DNA of 64,000 nucleotides, taken from the NCBI GenBank assembly GCA_027487795.1, contig JAIYCX010000028.1, positions 108,028 to 172,027 on the forward strand, in the 5' to 3' direction. The position numbers and the translations under genes are program-made. The notes under the pieces are model-generated. The model searched no databases. It saw only the letters and a program-made list of their open reading frames with translations, and was not told where the DNA came from. Positions within the stretch are counted from its first letter, which is position 1. Every line of letters starts with the position of its first letter. Source of the stretch: Pseudomonadota bacterium (GTDB lineage Bacteria > Bdellovibrionota_C > UBA2361 > SZUA-149 > DAOLCO01). Shown here piece after piece: positions 37,591 to 48,100 of the stretch.

Positions 37591-38718
37591 ATGAAAAAAA
37601 AAATTGCATTAGTTTTTGGCACTAGACCAGAAGCCATAAAACTCTCCCCACTATACCTAGAACTTACCAAGCATGAAGAATTTGAGCCCTTAATATGGGT
37701 AACAGGCCAGCATCAAGAAATGCTTTACCAAACACTAGGCTCTTTTAAAGTTCCAGTGCATGAAGATTTTAAAATAATGCAACAAGGTCAAACCTTAACT
37801 CAAATAACTTCAAAAACATTAGAAAGCCTTGAGACAAAATTTAAAGAAGAAAGACCTGACTTATTAATAGTCCAAGGAGATACAACAACAGCATTTGCAG
37901 GAGCACTAGCTGCATTTTATGCAGGTATTCCAGTAGCTCATGTAGAAGCGGGACTGCGCACAGAAACGATAAAATCTCCCTTTCCAGAAGAACTAAATAG
38001 AAGACTAATTGGAAAAATTGCAGATTTTCACTTTGCTCCTACTTCAAGATCTAGAGACAATTTATTAAAAGACGGCGTTCCTGAAAATACTATTTGGACT
38101 ACAGGTAATACTGGAATTGATGCGCTTTCTTTAATGCATAAAGAAGTACTAAAATCCCCTCCTTCAAGTCTTAATAGTTTATTAGCTCAACTAAATAATT
38201 TTTCTAAAACTATTTTAATTACTGGACATAGAAGAGAAAGTTTCGGCACTGGATTTCAAAACATCTGCACAGCTATAAAAACACTAGCAGAAGAAAACAA
38301 AGATATTGGATTTTTATACCCTGTACATTTAAATCCAAATGTTAAAGATGTAGTTTTTGAAAAACTGGGAGACTTAAGTAATATTATTCTTACAGACCCG
38401 CTAGGTTACGAAGAGTTTATATATTTAATAGATAAATCTTATTTAATTCTTACAGATTCAGGCGGTATTCAAGAAGAAGCACCTCATTTAGGAAAACCAG
38501 TAGTAGTAATGAGAGAAAACACAGAAAGACCTGAGGCAATTGATGCTGGAACTTCAATTTTAGTAGGTACGGATCCAGATAAAATTATCTCTAATGTTAC
38601 CTCTCTAATTCAGGATCAAGTTAAATATAAAGCCATGAGTAATGCTATAAACCCTTTTGGGGATGGAAGAGCCTCAATTAAGATCACAGAGATCTTAAAA
38701 ACGGCCTTAAAAAACTAG
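37591..38718 (+). CDS. wecB: UDP-N-acetylglucosamine 2-epimerase (non-hydrolysing)
   Basis: 'KIALVFGTRPEAIKLSPL' N-terminus and 'HVEAGLRT' typical of the WecB/MnaA family. ATG at 37591 preferred over the TTG at 37564 used in the ORF track. Confidence 0.85.
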   Translation: MKKKIALVFGTRPEAIKLSPLYLELTKHEEFEPLIWVTGQHQEMLYQTLGSFKVPVHEDFKIMQQGQTLTQITSKTLESLETKFKEERPDLLIVQGDTTTAFAGALAAFYAGIPVAHVEAGLRTETIKSPFPEELNRRLIGKIADFHFAPTSRSRDNLLKDGVPENTIWTTGNTGIDALSLMHKEVLKSPPSSLNSLLAQLNNFSKTILITGHRRESFGTGFQNICTAIKTLAEENKDIGFLYPVHLNPNVKDVVFEKLGDLSNIILTDPLGYEEFIYLIDKSYLILTDSGGIQEEAPHLGKPVVVMRENTERPEAIDAGTSILVGTDPDKIISNVTSLIQDQVKYKAMSNAINPFGDGRASIKITEILKTALKN

Positions 38719-38848
38719 GAAAAGCTGCTCTAATATCCATCAAAATCCTAGATTACTATTTCATATCAGGCTGTTAGAAAGCTTATTTACAACTTAGTTA
38801 AAGTTGCGCTATGCTCTCTAAGTTAAAGAGTTTTCATAATTTTATACT

Positions 38849-39448
38849 ATGCAAGTTAAGTTAAACGAGAATATTTCAAATCCACAGGCTGAGAAATCAG
38901 AAGAGTTAGTTGCTACTGCTAATACTAGCACTTCAAAAGCTTCAAAAGATAAAAGCTTCAGCCAAGATAAAATAAAACCATTAGACCGTGAATACAGCGC
39001 GAAGCAAGTACAAGCTATTTTAAGAGCACTTACTGGAAATAATGAAAAAATCGGCCTTGCACTACTTAACTACTACTCAAGAACAGACCTAGTCTGTCCA
39101 AGCGGCGGGACGAGACAAAGAGGCAGATCAAAATATAGCTACGCAGACGTAGTATTACTAACTTGGCTTTTCAGACTTAAACAACAAGGCCTAGCAGTAA
39201 ATCGATTTAGAAGAGGGATTGCATACCTTAGAAAGCGACTACCGAAGTTGCACCAGAGCCCAAAAGATATGCTGCTTATTACAGACGGTGAGCAATTATT
39301 CTTAAAGCATAGAATAGAGGACAGAGAAGGCATATTAGAAGTTCTTACTGGTCACTGGGCTGGTCAATATAGATGGGCTTATCCGATTGGATCTTTAATA
39401 GAAGAAGTTGATCTAGCGATAGAAACAGTTTCTAAGAAAGCAGCTTAA
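38849..39448 (+). CDS. Putative MerR-family-like transcriptional regulator
   Basis: Layout 'YSAKQVQAIL....LALLNYY..TDLV.P.....G.SKYSYADVVLLTWLFRLKQQGLAVNRFRRGIAYL' fits a MerR HTH plus wing and coupling helix. Weak. Confidence 0.35.
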   Translation: MQVKLNENISNPQAEKSEELVATANTSTSKASKDKSFSQDKIKPLDREYSAKQVQAILRALTGNNEKIGLALLNYYSRTDLVCPSGGTRQRGRSKYSYADVVLLTWLFRLKQQGLAVNRFRRGIAYLRKRLPKLHQSPKDMLLITDGEQLFLKHRIEDREGILEVLTGHWAGQYRWAYPIGSLIEEVDLAIETVSKKAA

Positions 39449-39460
39449 TAGCTTTAAATA

Positions 39461-40060
39461 ATGTCTTCATCAAAAATAAATGAGACTGATTTAATATCTA
39501 TTCATGTTAAAGATAGCTTACAAGCTATCAATTGTATCGAAGCTTTAAAGAACGAGATAATAAAAGTAGTAGATATCTGCGAAGAAACTTCAAGAGCAGG
39601 TGGAACTATCTATGCTTTTGGAAATGGTGGTTCTGCTTGCGAGGCGATCCATTTAGTAGAAGAGCTAGTAGCAAGGTATCTAATGGAGCGCCCTGGAATT
39701 AAAGCTCAACACTTTTTAGATACCGCAGTTGTTACCTGCTGGGGTAATGACTATGACTACCAACAAGCTTTTTCCAGACAAGCCGAAACTCACGTAGAAG
39801 CAAGAGATGTAGTCTTTGCCTTTTCAACAAGTGGTAATTCTCTAAACGTACTAAATGGCATTGAAGCAGCTAATAAAAAAGGCGCTAAAACTATCTTAAT
39901 CGGTGGTAAAGACGGGGGAAAAGCGAAAGATCTAGTTACAATTCCCCTAATAGTAAACGCTCCAAGAACAATGAGAATTCAAGAAGCTCATTTACTTATA
40001 GTCCACCTAATTTGCCACTTACTAGAAAATCGTCTTTTTCCTGAAAAAGCAGTGGCTTAA
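39461..40060 (+). CDS. gmhA: SIS-domain phosphoheptose isomerase (D-sedoheptulose-7-phosphate isomerase)
   Basis: 'GNGGSACEAIHLVEEL' and 'FSTSGNS' SIS motifs. ~199 aa. Confidence 0.8.
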   Translation: MSSSKINETDLISIHVKDSLQAINCIEALKNEIIKVVDICEETSRAGGTIYAFGNGGSACEAIHLVEELVARYLMERPGIKAQHFLDTAVVTCWGNDYDYQQAFSRQAETHVEARDVVFAFSTSGNSLNVLNGIEAANKKGAKTILIGGKDGGKAKDLVTIPLIVNAPRTMRIQEAHLLIVHLICHLLENRLFPEKAVA

Positions 40061-40102
40061 GCTGAATCAGTTGAAAGATCAGCTTTCAAATTTTAGCTTC
40101 TT

Positions 40103-41599
40103 CTAGAAAAGATCCTCTACAAATAAAACCTTAATTCCAAATTCCTCTCCCATTTCCTCAACTGCCTTATTATACCTTAAGGAAGTACATAAAAACTTAC
40201 TGATTTTTCTATTATAACTTTTTGGTAACTTAATTTCCTTCTCTGAAAAGTTTTTAATTATTTCTCTAGTTAATTTATCTTTTCCAGAAATCCACTTAGC
40301 CTCAATGACTCGGAGCTCTCTTTCGTCCTTACTATCAATTATAATATCGAATTGACTTTCTGTATCCGAATAAGTTCCTAGCTTATACTCAGGTGAAACG
40401 ATATTTAATTTCTTAAATAGCTTCTGATTTAAATTAAATCTATTCTCTAATATTCTTTTGATTAAATCTTCAAAAGCTTTGCCTGTAAAATCTTCAATAT
40501 AATAGCCTGATTTTGATTTGATTAACTGATCGAATAGCAGCCCTGAGCGATTAAGTTTAATTCTTTCCGTGTAGCTTTGAAGAACTTGAAAATAAAAAAC
40601 TAAAAACGGATCTTTACAATAATATCGTACTCCGCGTTTATTTCCTCTTTTAATACTTATAATATCTTCTTGTTCAAAAATTATATTATAGTTTAACAAT
40701 TTATTTATTTGCTCACTGACAGAGCTTTGTGAAATTCCTGTCACTTTAACTATTTTCTCTTCCGTAGCACCAAATATTCCTATAGTTGATAGAATTAATT
40801 TTATATTTCTCATACTGGCATTCGAAAATTCTAAATTTAGTATTTCATCTACTTCATTTAAAAAAATAGTTTTTTGCTGAAAAATAGCCTCGTTAACTGC
40901 TAAGATAAATCCTTTATCATTAGTACTCTTATTACTGGTAATAGCCTCTAAGTAATAAGGCACCCCGCCCAACATCATATCGATTAAACATATTTCTTCC
41001 TTTGACCATTTTGGGAAATAATACTCTGATATTTCCTGAAGTGAAAAAGGCAACACCCAAATTTCAGAATAAGTGCTTAACCCCCTAAGTGGTGCTTCTG
41101 AATTATGGATATTTTTTGTAAAAAACTTATTTGACGACCCAGATATTATTAATTTTATCTTTCCAGATTTCCTCCAATCCAGCCATGCTTCTTTAAGATA
41201 ACCTAAAAACCCACTCTGAGATTTTGAGATCCATTGAATTTCATCTAATAAAATTATAATCGGATGCTTATTATTCTTAGCAACTTTTAAAATATGTAAA
41301 AAAATTAAAGGCCAAGTTAATCTATCTTCTTTTATATCTAATAAATAAGTATCATTTGAAAATTTAGAAAAACTATTAATAAACTCTTTTCTAGTTTTTA
41401 TATCATTTGCATCTGGCAGGCCTTGAAAATAAAAAGTATCTTTTCTTTCACTAGCAAGCTTTTTTAAAAGTGTAGACTTTCCAATTCTCCTTCTACCTCT
41501 TAAGTAAGTAAGTCCCGAACCCTCTTGTAACAGAAAATCATTTATTGTTGCTAACTCTCTTTGTCTCGGAAAAAATAAAGTATTTTTAGTAGTGCTCAT
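40103..41599 (-). CDS. P-loop ATPase of the 'archaeal ATPase' (PF01637-like) family with a DUF234-like C-terminal domain
   Basis: Walker A 'GRRRIGKSTLLKKL'. Walker B 'IIILLDEIQW'. C-terminal winged-helix/DUF234-like region. 498 aa. Confidence 0.7.
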   Translation of the reverse strand: MSTTKNTLFFPRQRELATINDFLLQEGSGLTYLRGRRRIGKSTLLKKLASERKDTFYFQGLPDANDIKTRKEFINSFSKFSNDTYLLDIKEDRLTWPLIFLHILKVAKNNKHPIIILLDEIQWISKSQSGFLGYLKEAWLDWRKSGKIKLIISGSSNKFFTKNIHNSEAPLRGLSTYSEIWVLPFSLQEISEYYFPKWSKEEICLIDMMLGGVPYYLEAITSNKSTNDKGFILAVNEAIFQQKTIFLNEVDEILNLEFSNASMRNIKLILSTIGIFGATEEKIVKVTGISQSSVSEQINKLLNYNIIFEQEDIISIKRGNKRGVRYYCKDPFLVFYFQVLQSYTERIKLNRSGLLFDQLIKSKSGYYIEDFTGKAFEDLIKRILENRFNLNQKLFKKLNIVSPEYKLGTYSDTESQFDIIIDSKDERELRVIEAKWISGKDKLTREIIKNFSEKEIKLPKSYNRKISKFLCTSLRYNKAVEEMGEEFGIKVLFVEDLF

Positions 41600-41641
41600 C
41601 TTATGTTTTATTCAATTTCTGTATTACTTAATTTCCAACAG

Positions 41642-41799
41642 AAACATCGGATACTTTTAAGCTATACTAAATCCGATGTTTATAACCTACTGCATATATT
41701 ATATATAATAATCATGTTTTTGAAGCTATTAATATTATGCTTTATTTATAATAGGTTAAAAACATCGAATTTAGTATAACTTATCTAAATCCGATGTTT
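41642..41799. promoter_or_regulatory. Pair of inverted ~40-bp hairpin motifs (aaacatcgRat...atccgatgttt) in the divergent promoter region
   Basis: 41642-41681 has 11-bp perfect arms. 41760-41799 is the same motif in inverted orientation with diverged loops. Between them is an AT-rich (TA)n tract. Confidence 0.4.
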
Positions 41800-41961
41800 G
41801 GAAAAATATCCATTAGTACAAAAGTGCATGATTAAAGTAAAAAACTTGGGGGTATCCATATCGAAGCCCGCGACCTTGCCCAATAATAGAAATTAAATTT
41901 AACTCTACAAGTTTTTTATTTCACGAGTAATTGTTATATTACTTAAGTCTAGCTCTCTTCA

Positions 41962-42002
41962 AATTTTGCAATGCAAATATGATGCATTTGCATTGCAAAA
42001 TT
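41962..42002. promoter_or_regulatory. Perfect 17-bp-arm palindrome ~145 bp upstream of the giant ORF
   Basis: aattttgcaatgcaaat atgatgc atttgcattgcaaaatt. The arms are exact reverse complements. Followed by a CT-rich tract related to the 16.1-kb repeat. Confidence 0.5.
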
Positions 42003-42144
42003 CTCTACCCTATTCTCCTAACCTCCTATCCTTCCTGTCCAATTTCCCCAATCTTTCATACTTTAATGAAGCAAAACGATAGTATTAACTGATAAGTTAC
42101 CATAATAAGTACATGATTTAAGTATTTAAAAACTTAGAGGTTTT

Positions 42145-45100
42145 TTGCCGAAAGTAGCTAACAATTCAAGCGGTTACGCTAAAGACTCTGCATTGCTATC
42201 AAATGCTGTCGAACTCGTTTTGCCCGAAAACCCGAGGCTTAGAGAAGAATTAAGTAAAGAAAACTCAAAAAATAAATCAGAAAAACTACCAGAAGGACTA
42301 TTAGATAAAAGCTTAGGAGAAAGTTTAAATAAGCTAGTAAGCGAACTAGGCGATGCCAGATTCGATCGTGGTTTTAACATGACCTATGGCCAAGCCACTC
42401 AAGATAACAATATTTACAAAACTCGACTACAAGTAGCTAGTCAGCAGATCGAGGATTCAAAACTAAAGATTAAAACCCATCTAATGCATAGTGGCGCTAC
42501 TCCTGAAGAACAAAAAGCGCAATATGATAAGATACGAGCATTTGCCGCTACTCGTGAACTTGAAGGACTGAATCAATTCCAAGCAGCAAAAACTGAGTAC
42601 CAAAGAAGATCTGTTGAAGAAGCAGAAAAGGCAAGAAGAGAAGGTGGAGCAAGTTACGCCCTAGGGGAAGTATTAACAAAAGCCACAAAATCAGCCTCTA
42701 CTCTTATTCCAACAACTAAAGAATCTGTGGATATATTAGGCAGTGCGATATTCTCAGGCGGTGAAGGAATAGAAAAAGTAAGACTTAAAAATCTCTCGGA
42801 AAGAGGAGAGTCCGTTCTTGGAACAACAGAAGAGTTTGCTAAAGGAAGTAATTCATCATTTAGCAATACAGTAGCCCTAATGGGAGTAGGTCTAGCTCCA
42901 CTAGAAAAGGTATCAGGGATGACCTTAAACCCAGCTCTAGAGAGCGTAGACATTGGTCTTAGAGCCTCAAGAGCTGCAAGTTATAATGCAGTTTCTGCTA
43001 ACGATGCTCAGATTAGTTACGGTGAGTATAAAGAGCTAGAAGATAGAGAAGGTCTACTAAAAGCAGCGAAGCTTAGTATGGACGGTGCAAAGATAGCACT
43101 AGGAGCAGCAGCTCTTGGACCTAGCTCTTTGTCTCAGTTAAGTCAGCCTATGCTAGTCTCAGGAGGTATGGGGTATGCTGGTGCTTTATCAGAAGAGCTA
43201 CTATCAAAAGAAGGTTTTAAATTAGGACGTTTTTTAGAGCATGGTTTTACTGGGACAGCAGATAGTTTTCTGTTCATGGGTGGCATTACAGGAATCGGTC
43301 ATATAGCAGAGAAGACTGGGGCACTACATAAGATGTCGTCAGTAAAGACATTATTAAGTCTTGAGAATGGAGTTCAGAAGGAGAAGAAACTAGAGGCTAT
43401 TTATAAAAGCTTTAAGGGACTAGAGATCACAAATGATGAGGCAAGGTTTGTAAGTAATCTAGTTGCTGAGATGAAAATGGGGCTAAGTGGGAAAATAGAC
43501 CTGATTGATTCTCTACCGGATGTTCAAAAGAGTCTAAATATATTTTTAGAGAAGGTCGGAGATTTAAGCGCACTAGAGATCTATGAGAAGCTTAAAAAGG
43601 ATCCAGAGTATCGCAGGATGCTAAGCGGGGCGGTTCTTAAAGTTGGAGTATCAGGGTTTGATGCTTTTGATGTTAAGAGCGGTACTAAGGGGATGGAGAG
43701 TCTAGAACAAACAGGAAGGATGGAAGATGGGAAGGGGGAATCCTCCACCGTCATCCCTGCACAGGTCGCTGGTCTTGTCACCGCTGCGGAGGCACAGGCA
43801 AGGATCCAGGAGAGTTTAGAAAAAACAGGAAGGATAGAAGGAGGGAAGGAATTTAAAAACTCAGAACTAGAAACTTTCGCAAAACGTCTTGAAAAATCAA
43901 AAGGTGTTAGTCTTGTTTATGACAAAGAAACTCTAATAAAAGAACAAGCAGGTGCTCTTTACAATCCTGATGAAAAAATCATTTATGCTCCAACAGATGC
44001 AGTAGAACAAAACAAAGTCACAAAACAATTAAAGCATGAAAAAATCCATGCGATGCTTGATAGAATAAAAGACGAGGGCGGAGATAGTTTTTCTTTTGGG
44101 AAAATGTCCTTAACTGGCAAAGATACAACCCTAGAAGAGTTCGTAACTTATCCAGAAATGCTAGCAGAATATGCAAAGGATATTAGAAAGAATCTTGGAA
44201 ATTTAGATTCAAACCTAAACTTTATAAAAGAACATGTACAAGTTCTTAGAGATTACAATGAACAACTCAATAAAACCTTAAATATCAAATTCAACTCAGA
44301 TCTAGAAATAAACACAAACTCTGGTATTTTAGATAAAGTCATACAAACTTTTCAAAATATATTTAACTTTGGAACTAAAACTAATCTAGAACTAGAAACA
44401 AAAAAACGTATTGATAAAGATGGTAACACTATCTACGTTAAAATTGGAACTATCAAAAAAGGTGATTTATCATTATCACTAGATCTATCCATAGCTTCAG
44501 ATAGAAATAATCTGAACTCAGACACTGATGCAAAAAAGCTATTTAGTGAAAAAATAGAAACTTTAAAATTCGTACAAAAAACTACAAGTGATGCATTAAA
44601 TAAAATTAGTAAAAGTATTTCTAGTAATAATCAAGAATCGCTAATCTCAAATATATTCGATCTCCGAAGTCAGTTATTTCCAATTTATGTAACTTCAGGA
44701 AGCGGTGTAACTGCAGCTAAAAATGTTCCTACTGGAACAAAAGTTGAATTAAATAAAACATTATCCAAAGAAGATTTAGTAGATAAGTATGATTATGTTC
44801 AGGCGGCGACGCATAGTTCTGTGGCACAAGCACTTGAGCTATTAAATAATTTTCCTAATTCAGAAAAAGAGCTTAAAGAATTTATAAAAAATACTAAGTT
44901 AAATAAATCTCAAATTAAAAAGATAGAAAAACATGCTGTTTCTATAGGTAGATCACTTGTAGAAAATGAAGAATTAAATAATTATAATAAGCTAACTCAT
45001 GTAAATAGTTTATATAGGTTATCTCACATATTTAAACAGCTAGGCCTAGATTTATTAAATAATAAAGAAATTATAGCCGCTATTAGTAATAGAAATAAAG

Positions 45101-48100
45101 CTATAACTGATAGTTCGGCAAAATACTCGGCTAAACTTCTGGTCGAGCGCAAAGTAAGAAATCAAAATTTTATTAGCAAGCATTACACAATCGTACGTCC
45201 ACAAAAAGAACAAACTGAAGAAATTAAACAAGAAGAGAATGAAACAAAAGAAATTAAACAAGAAGAGAATGTACATTTATTAAAAAGAAAAAGTACTAAT
45301 GATTTACCAGATGAAAAGAAAACACCAGTAGAATTACTTAAGCTTCAAATCAAAAACTTTCAGGGCATTACAGACAGAATACAAACAAATTTAAATAGCC
45401 TTCAATCAGACGACTATCAACGTGCTGAAGTCTATCAATTTGCTGAAAACAGATTAATTATTTTAATAGAGCAAGGAAATTTTAAAGTTTTTTCAAGTCT
45501 AATTGAGTTATTAAGACAAAATGAATTTGAATTAGCTGACTTTAAAAAAGTTCATGATTCTTTAAACCAATATTATTCAAATAAATCTGCAGATATATTA
45601 ATAAAAAGTTTAAATGAAGATCTTAATAATCTGCCGCTATCTATAAAACTTAATCTAATAAAATCTAGAATTACTAATACTATTCAGAGCGAAGGATTCT
45701 TAGCTTTCTTGAAAGTCTCAGCAAAACTCGATGAAGAAATTAGGAAAAATATCTTTGCAGATGAAACTATAAAAAAACTAGCTGCTGATGCAATAGTAAA
45801 TGAATTATTAGATCCTAACAATTCAAAGGTTCATCAAGTATTTAATGAAAACTATTTAAACTTTAGCAAAGATGAATTAAAAGATATAAGCAATCGTGTT
45901 GAAAAATTAAAAAGTATAGACTCTGAGAGAGCTGAAGAAAGTACGTTAACAGAAGCTAGTGAAACTGATGAAATACAATTAAGTCAGTTTGATTTAGATA
46001 ATCTAGAAGAAGGTCAAATAAAATCAGTATTTTATTATTCAAAACAATCTGCAAGTATATTTTTACTAGGCTTAGATGAAGGCCTTAAAACTCTCCCGCA
46101 GTCTGTAAAGCTTAATGTAATAAAATATAAAGCTGCTTTAATTTTTAAAGATAATGGATTTTTGTCTTTTATAAAATTCGCAAAAAAATTAGATACGGAA
46201 TTTAAGCAAAATATCTTAGCAGATGAAACTATTAAAAAATTAGCTGCCGATGCAATAGTAATTGAATTAGTAAATCCCGAGAACTCGAAGGTTAATAAAG
46301 CATTTCAAGATAATTATTTAAACTTTAGTAAAGATCAATTAGAAGAGATACGCAGTCGTGTTGAGAAATTAAAAAATTCAAATAATCATAGCGCTGAAGA
46401 ATCTAGAAGACTACATAAAGAATTATTCAAAGATGGAGATAAATCAGATAGAGAAATAATGCGAGCTATAAAAAAGCTAGGCTATCCTACTGGAATATCA
46501 AAAGATGAAGTGGTAGGTAGGTTCAGAGATTTTATTGTAGCCGGAGCTTTTGATTCAATAAAGTTAGATATAAATAGATTTAGAAATAAAATCACAAACG
46601 CAATGGTTATAGAGGCTATTGCAGACGTAGAGGAACTGCCAGGATCTGAAATAGAAAGAACTAAAAATAGCGCTGATAGACCTAGTATAGTTCGTTTTTA
46701 CCAAAGTCAATTTAACGAATTTGAAAATGAAGTTCTAGAAGATATAGAAAAAAATAAACTTATAGATCATGATTTATCAAACAAAATAAAACTATTAATT
46801 CGGGCTAAACATGTTGAATCAATATACGAAATGCGTGGCATTAGATTATCTAGCATTTTAGAAGATTTACCCGCTAGATTATGGGAAGAACAATTCATTA
46901 AATATCCCTCTGAATATCATTACTTCCTGAGTAGACTTTCTTCAGAAGAAGTTAAAAGTTTAAATGCTAATCACGCAAATACTTTCTTAAAAATAGCGGG
47001 CATTCAAGCTCAATCCGCTGATAAAGATAATAATCCTTGGGTTACTGAGTTTGAATCTTTAGTTAAGCATCTTATTGAAACTAAAAAGTTTAAATACGAA
47101 GAGCCAAAAACGGGCGATACTCTTATTGAATTCGTAAGCCAATTTGGAATGGTTAATACACCAGAATTAGCAAATGTATTTTTTGATTTATCTTCAATCA
47201 AAGACTACAAAGATCAAAATCAGGATACTAAAAATCTCATTAATAATTTATTTTTAGAAGCTAAGGCTATTAATGAAGCTAAATCTACTAATAAAATTTC
47301 TATACCAGAGATTACAGAGTTAACTAAATCACAAGATATTAAAAAGTTTTTGATTTCCTACAAACAAACTCTTCTTGTTAATTTAATTAATGAAGAAGAA
47401 TCAACTTTAGCAAACCTAGATAGTGAACTTTCAAAAAATATATTAGAGTCAATCTTAGAAACATCATTTGACAGAGACAGTATTGATATTCCTAGTGTTA
47501 TAAAAACCTTGAGAGATAATTTAAATTCTAATAAAAGAAGCTTCTCTTTAGAAGACTACCAAAAAGAAAAAACAATTGATGTTAAATTAGTTAGAAAGAA
47601 AATAGGCGTTGACGAAGCTGCCATAAACAAAGAAAAAGAACGTGCGCTAGCTAATCCAGATCTTATAAAAGTAAGTACTAACTTAACTCAAACGATATCC
47701 AAGGCTCTAGAAGCAATTGATTCCGGCAAAGAAAATGCTTTGATTGTCGAAGAAATACAAGAAGCACTAAAAAACTTAAACCAAAGATTATTAGAAATAC
47801 AGAATGGTTTAATTAAGCCTGATCTAACTGAAAATGCTAAAAAAGGTATTTCAATAAACCTTATTAAAACCGAAGCAGATATTAAATTATTAAATATTCT
47901 ATTAAATAATGATTCCTTTGATCAGATTATTGGTAAATTAGACTCTAACAATCAAAATCATCTAAGTATAATTCAAGCTATTTCAACTTTAGAAATAGTA
48001 AAATCTTTACCTGAAGAAACCCTTAATCAATTACAAAAAGTTTGTAATGATAATGTAAGTTCTGAAATTATAAAAGAATCTTCTTTAAGATTTTTAGCAA

